Position numbers and translations under genes: made by a program. Below, one piece after another: positions 49,217 through 57,601 of a stretch of 64,000 nucleotides of DNA. Below the pieces are notes generated by a model. That model was not told the origin of the DNA, searched no databases, and saw only the letters and a list, made by a program, of their open reading frames with translations. The stretch is from an uncultured Gammaproteobacteria bacterium (GTDB taxonomy: Bacteria; Patescibacteriota; Microgenomatia; Levybacterales; UBA12049). Positions within the stretch are counted from its first letter, which is position 1, and each line of letters opens with the position of its first letter. The stretch covers positions 119,570-183,569 of the forward strand of contig CAYYSJ010000002.1 of NCBI GenBank assembly GCA_964474445.1, given 5' to 3'.

Positions 49217-50140
49217 ATGATGATTGCAAATTTTAAAGTAACAGAACAAAACAGCTCAGAAACATTTGCACAATTTGTTATTGAGCCACTCGAACCAGGA
49301 TATGGTTATACATTAGGCCATGCAATGAGACGAGTCTTACTTGCATCTATTCCAGGAGCAGCAGTCACCTCAGTAAAAATTTCTGGAGTAAAGCATAAAT
49401 TTGCAGCAGTTCCAGGTCTTAAGGAAACAGTCGTTGATTTCCTTCTTAATCTTAAAAATGTTAATTTTAGACTTTCTTCCTCAAAAGAATCAGCAACAGT
49501 AACACTTTCTGTAAAAGGTCAAAAAGAAATTACCGCAGCAGATATTGAGGCTGTTGATGGTGTTGAAGTTGTTAATCCAGATCAATACCTTGGTTCTCTT
49601 TCAGGTGATAAAGCAAAGCTTGAAATGGAGATTACTCTCGAAAGAGGATATGGATACTCTCTCGCTGAAGAACGACAAGTTGAATCACTTGGAACAATTC
49701 TTGCTGATGCAGTATTTACTCCAGTAAAAAGAGTAAACTACACTGTTGAAGCAACCCGTGTTGGACGACGAACTAATATGGATAAATTAGTTCTTCAAGT
49801 ATGGACAAATGGCTCTGTTACTCCAAAAGAAGCTCTTGATGAAACAGCAAAAATCCTTTCATCGTTCTTTAAGCAGGTTTATGAACCACAAACAGAAGGT
49901 GTAGAAGCACCAGTTGTGGCCACATCTTCTGTCTCTGAAGATTTACTCAGACTTACTGTTGATGAATTAGACCTTCCTACAAGAATTTACAATAGTCTTC
50001 GAAATGGCGGTATAGAGACAATTGGTCAACTATTGTCTACACCACGAAAAGATCTTATTTCCATGCGAAATATGGGAGCAAAATCAATTGCAATTATTGA
50101 AGAAAAGCTGTCAGATAAGGGTATTTCACTCAATGTATAA
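49217..50140 (+). CDS. rpoA: DNA-directed RNA polymerase subunit alpha
   Basis: FVIEPLEPGYGYTLGHAMRRVLL N-terminal domain and the C-terminal domain. The ORF-track GTG start at 49172 is probably too long. ATG at 49217 is preferred. Confidence 0.9.
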   Translation: MMIANFKVTEQNSSETFAQFVIEPLEPGYGYTLGHAMRRVLLASIPGAAVTSVKISGVKHKFAAVPGLKETVVDFLLNLKNVNFRLSSSKESATVTLSVKGQKEITAADIEAVDGVEVVNPDQYLGSLSGDKAKLEMEITLERGYGYSLAEERQVESLGTILADAVFTPVKRVNYTVEATRVGRRTNMDKLVLQVWTNGSVTPKEALDETAKILSSFFKQVYEPQTEGVEAPVVATSSVSEDLLRLTVDELDLPTRIYNSLRNGGIETIGQLLSTPRKDLISMRNMGAKSIAIIEEKLSDKGISLNV

Positions 50141-50237
50141 TTGTTGAGTCGTAAGACCGCCCAGTTTAGAAGCGACCAGCTCGCATAGGTAGAATCAGGT
50201 TGCGGGTGGGCGCTTATTTTTTTAGGGAAACAATAGT

Positions 50238-50759
50238 ATGAGAAAACAAGTATTTGGAAGAAAATTTAAAAGAGACGCAAATGAAAGAAAAGCTCTTCTG
50301 AAAGGGCTTATGAATGATTTGGTTTTAAAAGAAGGTATTAAAACAACTGAAGAGAAGGCTAAATCTATTAAAGGACAGGTTGAAAAATTAGTTACAAAAG
50401 CAAAGAATAAAGGTGAAGCATCACGAAGCCTTTTACAACCGTATTTAAATGCAAAAGCAGTTGAAAAAGTCTTAAAAGATTTGGCTCCTCGATTTGCAAA
50501 AAGACAGGGTGGTTATACAAGAATTGTTAAATTAACTGAAAGATTTGGAGATAATGCATCAATGGCAATTATTGAATGGGTTGAAAAAGCAACTGTTGTT
50601 GAAGTAGCAGAACCAGAAAAAGCAGAAAAGAGTAACAAGAAGGAAGCTCTTGAAGCAACAGTCAAAGAAGAAAAGCCAACAAAGAAAGAAACAAAAAAGG
50701 GAGAGAAGAAGGAAACGAAAAAAGAAGAAAAGAAAGCTGGAAAAACAACAAAAAAATAA
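50238..50759 (+). CDS. rplQ: 50S ribosomal protein L17 with K/E-rich C-terminal extension
   Basis: Conserved L17 core, then EKKETKKEEKKAGKTTKK. Confidence 0.9.
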   Translation: MRKQVFGRKFKRDANERKALLKGLMNDLVLKEGIKTTEEKAKSIKGQVEKLVTKAKNKGEASRSLLQPYLNAKAVEKVLKDLAPRFAKRQGGYTRIVKLTERFGDNASMAIIEWVEKATVVEVAEPEKAEKSNKKEALEATVKEEKPTKKETKKGEKKETKKEEKKAGKTTKK

Positions 50760-50762
50760 ACT

Positions 50763-51185
50763 ATGAATAAAGCAACCAAACCAACATCACAAAAAGATAT
50801 CATCAGAAATTGGCATTTAGTTGATCTAAATGATAAAGTATTAGGTCGAGAGGCAACAGCAATTGCTCACAAATTGATGGGAAAAGGCAAGCCATACTTT
50901 GTGACTAACTTAGATTGTGGTGACTATGTTGTTGTCATTAATGCAAAGAGTGTGAAAGTTACTGGGAAAAAGGCAACAGACAAGACATATTACCGGCATT
51001 CTATGTATCCCGGTGGATTTAAATCAGAAACCTTTAAAGAAGTTATGATGAAACATCCAACCGAGGTTATTGTTCATGCAGTAAAAGGGATGTTGCCACA
51101 AAACAAATTACGAGATAAAATGCTTAAGAGACTTTTTGTCTTTGAAGGTGCAGAGCATAAGTACCAAGACAAATTTGCAAAATAA
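50763..51185 (+). CDS. rplM: 50S ribosomal protein L13
   Basis: Conserved L13. Confidence 0.9.
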   Translation: MNKATKPTSQKDIIRNWHLVDLNDKVLGREATAIAHKLMGKGKPYFVTNLDCGDYVVVINAKSVKVTGKKATDKTYYRHSMYPGGFKSETFKEVMMKHPTEVIVHAVKGMLPQNKLRDKMLKRLFVFEGAEHKYQDKFAK

Positions 51186-51194
51186 GGAGATTAT

Positions 51195-51647
51195 ATGGCT
51201 AATAAAACAACAAAAAGAGATTACATATACGCAGTAGGACGACGACGAGAAGCATCAGCTCGAGTTAGACTCTATGCTGCTGTGAAAGATGGTCAAGCCT
51301 GGGGTGAACAGACAGTAAGTAAAGATCAGATGCTTGTTAATGGGTTACCAGTTGAGCATTACTTTTCAGGTCCTGTTGCAAAATCAAGGTATCAACTACC
51401 ACTTGTTCTCACAAATACTCTTGGAAAATATGCTGTTACTGTTAAAGTAGAAGGCGGCGGGAAGACAGGACAGTTAGGAGCACTCGTTTTGGGTCTTGCA
51501 CGAGCACTTTCTCTTGCTGATAAGGAAAAGAATAGACCTGTACTTAAGGCAAAAGGACTTCTCAAAGTTGATGCGAGAGTTAGAGAGCGACGAAAAGTTG
51601 GTACTGGCGGCAAGGCTCGACGAAAGAAACAATCTCCAAAGCGTTAA
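51195..51647 (+). CDS. rpsI: 30S ribosomal protein S9
   Basis: GGGKTGQLGALVLGLARAL and the R/K C-terminus. Confidence 0.95.
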   Translation: MANKTTKRDYIYAVGRRREASARVRLYAAVKDGQAWGEQTVSKDQMLVNGLPVEHYFSGPVAKSRYQLPLVLTNTLGKYAVTVKVEGGGKTGQLGALVLGLARALSLADKEKNRPVLKAKGLLKVDARVRERRKVGTGGKARRKKQSPKR

Positions 51648-51697
51648 TATTTTCCCTCTCAATCCAAACAGAGCGAAAAACGTTATTTTCCAAATTT

Positions 51698-52018
51698 TTA
51701 GAATTTCAGGAGTTCCATGTAAAGGAGAATTTTTAGCAGGCCATTTGTAGGCCAAAGATTATATGTTGCGTGGGGAGGAATAGGAATGAGGTCTCCCGGT
51801 TCTACGTCAAATTTTTCTCCATTAATAACAAACTCTCCCTCTCCATCCAAAATATAATATATTCTTTCCCTATCTTCAATTGTTCTTTCTCCATGTTCGC
51901 CAGTAAATTCTGCATAAGCGACAGTTGTTCCATGATTACTGTCTGGTAATTGGTAATACCATCCATTAACACCCTCTCTGCCATGGTAAATAGTATCTTT
52001 CTTTGAAATCTTTTTCAT
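51698..52018 (-). CDS. Cupin-domain protein
   Basis: Cupin two-motif pattern (G..E.H.H...E.YYILDGEG ... PG..I.IPP..H). Confidence 0.6.
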   Translation of the reverse strand: MKKISKKDTIYHGREGVNGWYYQLPDSNHGTTVAYAEFTGEHGERTIEDRERIYYILDGEGEFVINGEKFDVEPGDLIPIPPHATYNLWPTNGLLKILLYMELLKF

Positions 52019-52473
52019 GATTGTATATGAAGTTCTTGTCTTGGGTTAATAGGAAAGTTCAATGAATCAAATAGAACAAAAAGAGTAGGTTTTATCATGT
52101 AAACATTATGTTCGTCTTTTCCATCAGCAATTTTTTGCCTACGTTCTTCTTTCATGTTCATTCGTTTGGCATAGAGCTCTAGTGCGTGATGAAATTCTTC
52201 TCCAGTAGTTAGCTCCTTTGCGACCCCATCAAATTGTATACCTCTAACAGCATCTCCTGGAGTATGCGGTAAAACAATAGTTCCAGCTACTTTTTGATTC
52301 GCTTTCAATTCTTGAGAGTGTCTTGTTGAAGGCAAAGAGATCCAAAATAGATTAAATTCATCATCAAAAGCAAAATAGACACTACATGCCCATGGCTGAT
52401 TATCTTTTGAAGTTGCCACCTGCATAAGCCGTGCATCATTCAAATACTCTTTAATAAGTTGTCGAATCTCCAT
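52015..52473 (-). CDS. Pyridoxamine 5'-phosphate oxidase-like FMN-binding split-barrel protein
   Basis: PNPOx-like N-terminus (ARLMQVATSKDNQPWACSVYFAFD). It overlaps the downstream cupin gene by 4 nt. Confidence 0.6.
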   Translation of the reverse strand: MEIRQLIKEYLNDARLMQVATSKDNQPWACSVYFAFDDEFNLFWISLPSTRHSQELKANQKVAGTIVLPHTPGDAVRGIQFDGVAKELTTGEEFHHALELYAKRMNMKEERRQKIADGKDEHNVYMIKPTLFVLFDSLNFPINPRQELHIQS

Positions 52474-52507
52474 GCCAAAATTATATCAGAGAGTGGCGAG
52501 TTTTCAA

Positions 52508-53530
52508 TCACTTCCACAATTGCAAAAACGCTTTTTCGTGCTTTTTGACAACGTTTTTATTTCCTAAAAGGCCGTGTTGGGACATATCCGGAGAATATTT
52601 ACTTGCAGGGACAACTCGTCCTAAAGATTCTGCCATTGAACGGACATGATGAGGGCCAGCACCACAACAGATGCCAATGTAGTTAATACCAATTTCCTTT
52701 GCCGCTTTTGTAAACTCTGCCATTTCTGTCCGGGTACAAAGGAATGGATCTAAATGAACGGGAAAGGCGGAATTTCCGTCTTTTTGTTTGAGGAATTGGA
52801 ATGCAGGATACTTAGCAGTCGTATGATACGGTACAGGTTGTGCTGCAGTAAAACATGAGACGGATTTTCGAAGTTTCTGAAGAAGTGGTAATAGTGTCTT
52901 TGGTCCCCTGATACAGTTGAATCCTACAACATCAACACCTTTCTCCTCAAGCATTTTACATCCTTCTATCCAATCAATCCCATCCTTACTTTTCTGATAC
53001 GTCGCTCCAAATGTGACAAGCGCTGGATATCCATACTGCTTAATAACATCCAAAGCGATCAGTGCTTCTCCAACGTATTCAATTGTTTCTGCAATAATGA
53101 AATCAACTCCTGCCTCTTTTGCCCATCCAACTTGCTCTTCATACATATTCCGCACAATTGTTTCTGATTTCTTATCTCCCGGTTTATAAGCCCACGTATT
53201 ACAAATATTTCCAGCAACAAGTGCATGCCCTTCTTTTGCAACTTTTTTTGCAATTTTTAAAGCTTGTCTATTCATTGGCTTTAGGTCGTTCTCTCGTCCG
53301 ATTACTCGCAGTTTTTCTCTATGTGCATAATAAGTAAACGCGACCATCACTTCTGCACCTGCTCTTAAAAACTCTCTATGCAATTCCTCAACAGCTTGAG
53401 GATAATCCAAAACGACCTCAGGTACAAAAGCACCTGCTTTTAGAAAGCCTCTTCTTTCAAGTTCAAAAAGATATCCTTCTGCCCCAAGGACTATCCCTTG
53501 CTGTAATCTCTCTAAAAGTGATTGTTTCAT
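52508..53530 (-). CDS. Betaine-homocysteine S-methyltransferase-family (BHMT/HMT, Pfam S-methyl_trans) zinc-dependent homocysteine methyltransferase
   Basis: Collinear with animal BHMT over the whole length (GAEGYLFELERRGF.KAG.F.PE...HREFLRAGAEV; IGICCGAGPHHVRSMAESL zinc-Cys motif). Confidence 0.8.
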   Translation of the reverse strand: MKQSLLERLQQGIVLGAEGYLFELERRGFLKAGAFVPEVVLDYPQAVEELHREFLRAGAEVMVAFTYYAHREKLRVIGRENDLKPMNRQALKIAKKVAKEGHALVAGNICNTWAYKPGDKKSETIVRNMYEEQVGWAKEAGVDFIIAETIEYVGEALIALDVIKQYGYPALVTFGATYQKSKDGIDWIEGCKMLEEKGVDVVGFNCIRGPKTLLPLLQKLRKSVSCFTAAQPVPYHTTAKYPAFQFLKQKDGNSAFPVHLDPFLCTRTEMAEFTKAAKEIGINYIGICCGAGPHHVRSMAESLGRVVPASKYSPDMSQHGLLGNKNVVKKHEKAFLQLWK

Positions 53531-53534
53531 AAAA

Positions 53535-53560
53535 CTAAAAAACCCCGCTGAGCGGGGAGG
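53535..53560 (-). terminator. Minus-strand intrinsic terminator (CCCCGC-TCA-GCGGGG + TTTTTT) ending 4 nt before the BHMT-family ATG; the terminator arm of an attenuator
   Basis: Reverse complement of plus 53537-53557. Confidence 0.6.
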
Positions 53561-53580
53561 TTCGTATTTCTCAAATAAGA

Positions 53581-53643
53581 CTACAACGAACTTCCCCTCA
53601 AAGAGGACATCATCATAGTCATCATAATTTGTTCATGTATCAT
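53581..53643 (-). CDS. Candidate 20-codon Met-rich leader peptide MIHEQIMMTMMMSSLRGSSL
   Basis: Minus-strand ORF ATG ATA CAT GAA CAA ATT ATG ATG ACT ATG ATG ATG TCC TCT TTG AGG GGA AGT TCG TTG TAG. Six of 20 codons are Met. Its 3' end forms the antiterminator arm. Confidence 0.5.
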   Translation of the reverse strand: MIHEQIMMTMMMSSLRGSSL

Positions 53644-53653
53644 AATTAAATAA

Positions 53654-53682
53654 AGTATATATCTCGAAAAAATTGTTGTCAA
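53654..53682 (-). promoter_or_regulatory. Minus-strand sigma70-like promoter (TTGACA, 17 nt, TATACT) driving the leader-peptide and BHMT-family transcript
   Basis: The -35 is the rc of plus 53677-53682 and the -10 is the rc of plus 53654-53659. The leader ORF ATG begins about 10 nt downstream. Confidence 0.5.
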
Positions 53683-53789
53683 TCATATCCAATGTGGAGG
53701 ATAGCAATTATAGTAAAAACTCTCTGTTACTCCCTACGTTTAATTTTCTCTATTGCTAAGATTATAAGGTATGTTATAATAGTCAAGTT

Positions 53790-54554
53790 ATGCCGAAGAA
53801 AAAAAGAACTCCTAAAAAAACTGATCAAGCAAAATCAGTAAAATCATTAAAACCAGTAAAAGCAGCACGAAAAACAGCCCCAAGAAAAAATGGTGTAAAA
53901 GCTCAAAAGACACAAACAGCTGAACAACAAATGGCTCCTGAAACACATACAACTTCTCAAGCAGTTAGTACAAATGCACGAAATCCAAGACTTTGGATAG
54001 GACTTGGTATTGTTGTTTTGGTTATTTTAGTAGTTGCTTTTAAAGGTTTATTCATTGCAGCAATCGTCAATGGCCAGCCAATTAGTCGATTACAAGTTTT
54101 GCAACAACTTGAGAAGCAAAACGGTAAGCAAGCATTAAGTAGTCTTGTTACCCAAACCCTTATTACTCAAGAAGCAGCAAAAAAACATGTGAGTGTCAGT
54201 CAGGCAGACGTAAATAGTGATTTAAAGAAAATCGATGATGCATTGAAAGCACAAGGACAAAATCTGGATACAGCACTTGCTGTGCGAGGATTGAGCAAAC
54301 AAGATTTGGTCCAGCAAATAACTCTCCAGAAATTAGTTGAGAAAATGGTAGGAAAAGATGTCAAAGTAACAGATGCAGATGTTCAAAAATATATTGATAA
54401 TAATCAAGATACGTTGCCAAAAGACTTGTCTGATGATCAATTACGAGCACAAGTGAAACAACAACTTGAACAACAACAATTGCAGGATAAAACACAAGCG
54501 TTTGTCGCAAATTTGCAGAAGAAAGCAAACATTTCCTACTTCGTTAGCTATTAA
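53790..54554 (+). CDS. Membrane-anchored protein with K-rich N-terminal tail and SurA-N-terminal-like chaperone domain
   Basis: Basic tail, one TM (LWIGLGIVVLVILVVAF), then a Q/L-rich helical domain resembling the SurA N-domain. Confidence 0.4.
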   Translation: MPKKKRTPKKTDQAKSVKSLKPVKAARKTAPRKNGVKAQKTQTAEQQMAPETHTTSQAVSTNARNPRLWIGLGIVVLVILVVAFKGLFIAAIVNGQPISRLQVLQQLEKQNGKQALSSLVTQTLITQEAAKKHVSVSQADVNSDLKKIDDALKAQGQNLDTALAVRGLSKQDLVQQITLQKLVEKMVGKDVKVTDADVQKYIDNNQDTLPKDLSDDQLRAQVKQQLEQQQLQDKTQAFVANLQKKANISYFVSY

Positions 54555-54583
54555 AGTTAGTACCTAATAATTTTGAGTTTTTT

Positions 54584-55213
54584 CTACACCTCAACAATAT
54601 CACCTGTTTCTACCGTTTTAAAATCAATTCCTTGTGTTGCAAAATACTCTTTGAATCGTTGATAGAATGCTTTTCGTGCTTCATCTCTCCAATGCCAATC
54701 ATGTATTGGAATAATAACTTTTGGTTTAAGCTGCAGTGCAAGTTCAACCGCTCGTGTGGTATTACCCCATGGTGCCTGAATGGGAAGTGCTAGAGTATCT
54801 ACAGTTATCGTAAAGGTATGTGAATCACCTGGTGTTGCAAATGTTCCAAATAGTGTTGCCAACACATTTTGTGGCGCAGCGCCAAACCAAATTTTCTCAT
54901 GGGGAACAGGTTTTAAAGAGATAAACTCATTGCCTTCTGTGTAGACATTGTGAATACCTTCTGATATCAGGATGTTCTTTGCTGACTCAGTAGTATAGAG
55001 AGGGGTATGCGGAAATTTTTGCAGAATTTCTTTTATCCAGGGAAGATACATATGGTCTGGATGTTCATGAGTAATGACAATTGCATCAAGTTGGTTCAGT
55101 GAATTTATATCTAACGCATTTTCGTTGTATGAATAATTTCCTGGATCTATTAACACAACTTTTCCTTGGTCCTCGACTAAAAGACAGGAATGGACATGTT
55201 TGGAGATCTTCAT
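54584..55213 (-). CDS. MBL-fold metallo-hydrolase
   Basis: HEHPDH (HxHxDH) motif and a downstream His. Confidence 0.75.
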   Translation of the reverse strand: MKISKHVHSCLLVEDQGKVVLIDPGNYSYNENALDINSLNQLDAIVITHEHPDHMYLPWIKEILQKFPHTPLYTTESAKNILISEGIHNVYTEGNEFISLKPVPHEKIWFGAAPQNVLATLFGTFATPGDSHTFTITVDTLALPIQAPWGNTTRAVELALQLKPKVIIPIHDWHWRDEARKAFYQRFKEYFATQGIDFKTVETGDIVEV

Positions 55214-55577
55214 ATGCAGAGTATATCAAAGGAAATCTGAGAAAACTATCTGAAGAAAATCACAATATAAATAAGCGAGCGTCAATGGATCATCTTTAAC
55301 AATCTTAGAAAATAAGTTCTAGGATGACTATATATAGGTAGAATATTTTTCTACAAGTAAGCAATTATGAATATAATTAGAAACTTTCATAAATTTATTT
55401 TATTTCTTATTTTTACTTTGGCCAAGGCAAATAAGAGAACAGTAGGATTTTTGATTTAACTTTTTATTTTCATTTACATGTCGGAGATCTCGTAGAATTT
55501 TTTTATTACAATAAGAGCAAATTAAAGTAACAAACACAGTCATGTTTTTATTACAAATTATACGAATAGCAATTGTG

Positions 55578-55649
55578 TCGGGGCGACATGAATTGAACAT
55601 GCTACTTCTCGGACCCCATCCGAGCGTTCTACCGATGAACTACGCCCCG
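55578..55649 (-). tRNA. tRNA-Pro (anticodon GGG), 72 nt, no encoded CCA
   Basis: The minus strand reads CGGGGCG-TA-GTTC-ATCGGTA-GAAC-G-CTCGG-ATGGGGT-CCGAG-AAGTA-GCATG-TTCAATT-CATGT-CGCCCCG-A. It has a 7-bp acceptor stem, a 4-bp D stem with GG in the loop, a 5-bp anticodon stem, U33-GGG-G37, and a TTCAAxT T-loop. Confidence 0.7.
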
Positions 55650-55767
55650 GTTGTGTTGTGATTTTACCTTAAATGGTGAAGAAAGAAAAGATCAAGATAG
55701 TATTATAAGTCTTACCAAAAACTTACGTATTTGAGCTAGAATGATCTATTGTATTCCAATGCAGAAT

Positions 55768-55776
55768 TGCTATTAT
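55768..55776 (+). promoter_or_regulatory. Extended -10 variant TTGCTATTAT 11 nt upstream of the recA ATG
   Basis: GAATTGCTATTATAGGTATATATT then ATG at 55788. Confidence 0.35.
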
Positions 55777-55787
55777 AGGTATATATT

Positions 55788-56891
55788 ATGGCACGAACAG
55801 CTACAGCCCCTAAAACAGTAACAGCCGCTCCTGATGCAGATCAACAACATAAAATGGACGCAGTCCGTATGGCAATGGAAGCAATTGAAAAGCAATATGG
55901 ACGTGGATCTATTATGCGTTTTGGAGAAGCTGCACAAAAGCTTGATATTTCTGTTATCTCCACAGGGTGTCTTCCTTTAGATATAGGACTTGGTGTTGGT
56001 GGGTTACCAAGAGGAAGAATTATTGAAATCTACGGACCAGAAGCATCTGGAAAAACAACAATTTGTCTCTCAACCATTGCACAAGCACAAAAGCATGGTG
56101 GTGTTGCTGCATTTATTGATGCAGAGCATGCACTTGATCCACTGTGGGCACAACAAGTTGGGATTAAATTAGATGAGCTGTTGATTTCTCAACCAGACAC
56201 AGGAGAGCAGGCTTTAGAAATTGCAGAGTCATTAGTTCGCTCAGGAGGAATAGACGTTCTGGTTATTGATTCTGTTGCAGCACTTGTTCCAAGAGCAGAA
56301 ATTGAAGGAGAAATGGGTGATGCGATGGTTGGTCTTCAGGCACGACTTATGTCCCAAGCTCTTAGAAAATTAACAGCAGTTATTTCTAAATCCAAGACTG
56401 TTGTTATCTTTACCAATCAGTTACGACAAAAAATTGGTGTGATGTTTGGTAATCCAGAGACGACAACTGGTGGACTTGCTCTTAAATTCTATGCTTCTGT
56501 TCGAATGGATGTGCGAAAAATTGAGACTATCAAAGATGGAGATAAAGTTGTTGGCTCACGACATCGAGTAAAAATTGTCAAAAATAAGGTTAGTGTTCCA
56601 TTTAGAACGGCAGAATTTGAAGTGTCTGAAGATGGCATCTCTAGAGAAGGTGGTATTTTGGATGTTGGTATCGAACTTGGCATTATTTCCAAATCTGGTG
56701 CATTTCTTCGCTATGGAGAGACAATGCTTGGACAAGGACGTGCTGCAGCAATGGATACATTGAAAGGCAATAAAGATTTGGAAGCAGAAATTGTTAAGAA
56801 AATTAAAGAACAATCCCAGACTCGCACACCAATGGAGCTTGGAAAAGAAGATAGTGACGAAGAAGAAGTAGATCGAACCCTAGAAGTATAA
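55788..56891 (+). CDS. recA: Recombinase RecA
   Basis: GPEASGKTT Walker A, L1/L2 loops and the acidic C-terminus. Confidence 0.95.
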   Translation: MARTATAPKTVTAAPDADQQHKMDAVRMAMEAIEKQYGRGSIMRFGEAAQKLDISVISTGCLPLDIGLGVGGLPRGRIIEIYGPEASGKTTICLSTIAQAQKHGGVAAFIDAEHALDPLWAQQVGIKLDELLISQPDTGEQALEIAESLVRSGGIDVLVIDSVAALVPRAEIEGEMGDAMVGLQARLMSQALRKLTAVISKSKTVVIFTNQLRQKIGVMFGNPETTTGGLALKFYASVRMDVRKIETIKDGDKVVGSRHRVKIVKNKVSVPFRTAEFEVSEDGISREGGILDVGIELGIISKSGAFLRYGETMLGQGRAAAMDTLKGNKDLEAEIVKKIKEQSQTRTPMELGKEDSDEEEVDRTLEV

Positions 56892-57005
56892 TCCTCTGTA
56901 TGGCAAAACGAGTGGAAGAGCCTTTTTATCCCCACCAGCTTAAACCCTTTGGTAACACGGTTATAGGAGAAGGTTGGACATGAGGATATAAAAAGTAAGT
57001 AGCTT

Positions 57006-57485
57006 ATGGATTTTAATACTCTCTATACAAAAGCTTTAAAATATCTCAATTATCGCCCTCGCTCAGAAAAGGAAATTCGAGATTATTTGGCAAAAGAACT
57101 TGGAAGCCCTTCCAGTGCAGATCTATCTCTGATTGATCTAATAGTGCTCAAGTTAAAGTCACAAAGATTCCTTAATGACTTGGAATTTGCGCGTATGTGG
57201 GTGAGGAGTAGGACGTCATATAAACCAAAGGGAGAAAGGCTAATCCGTTTGGAATTAGAGCAAAAGGGAATTAGTAAAGAGATTCTAGATGAAGTACTCC
57301 AAAACTCAGAAGTCAGAGTAAGTAATGACCTAGAGCTTGCTATTGAAATGCTTGAGAAAAAACGTGAGAAGTATGAAGGAATGAGTAGGCAAGAAAGATT
57401 TAATAAAGCGGGTTCAATGCTTGCCAGGCGAGGCTACGATTTGAATACAATTCGTAAGGCAATTGACCAAGTTTTTGAAAAATAG
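57006..57485 (+). CDS. recX: Regulatory protein RecX
   Basis: Three-helix repeat RecX-like sequence immediately downstream of recA. Confidence 0.75.
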   Translation: MDFNTLYTKALKYLNYRPRSEKEIRDYLAKELGSPSSADLSLIDLIVLKLKSQRFLNDLEFARMWVRSRTSYKPKGERLIRLELEQKGISKEILDEVLQNSEVRVSNDLELAIEMLEKKREKYEGMSRQERFNKAGSMLARRGYDLNTIRKAIDQVFEK

Positions 57486-57601
57486 TATAATAGAGGTAGA
57501 CGCAAAAGGAATTAGTTTATGAAGAGCCGTCTTTTATTATTCGTTCTTCAGATAGCTTTTAAATAAGCAATTTCTCCTTTTGTTTTAGTTATTAAATATT
57601 T

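Noticed and set aside
55400-55600. 66-aa Cys-rich ORF on the minus strand
   Set aside because: Its 5' end overlaps the tRNA-Pro gene by 23 nt and it has no RBS or promoter, so it is most likely spurious.
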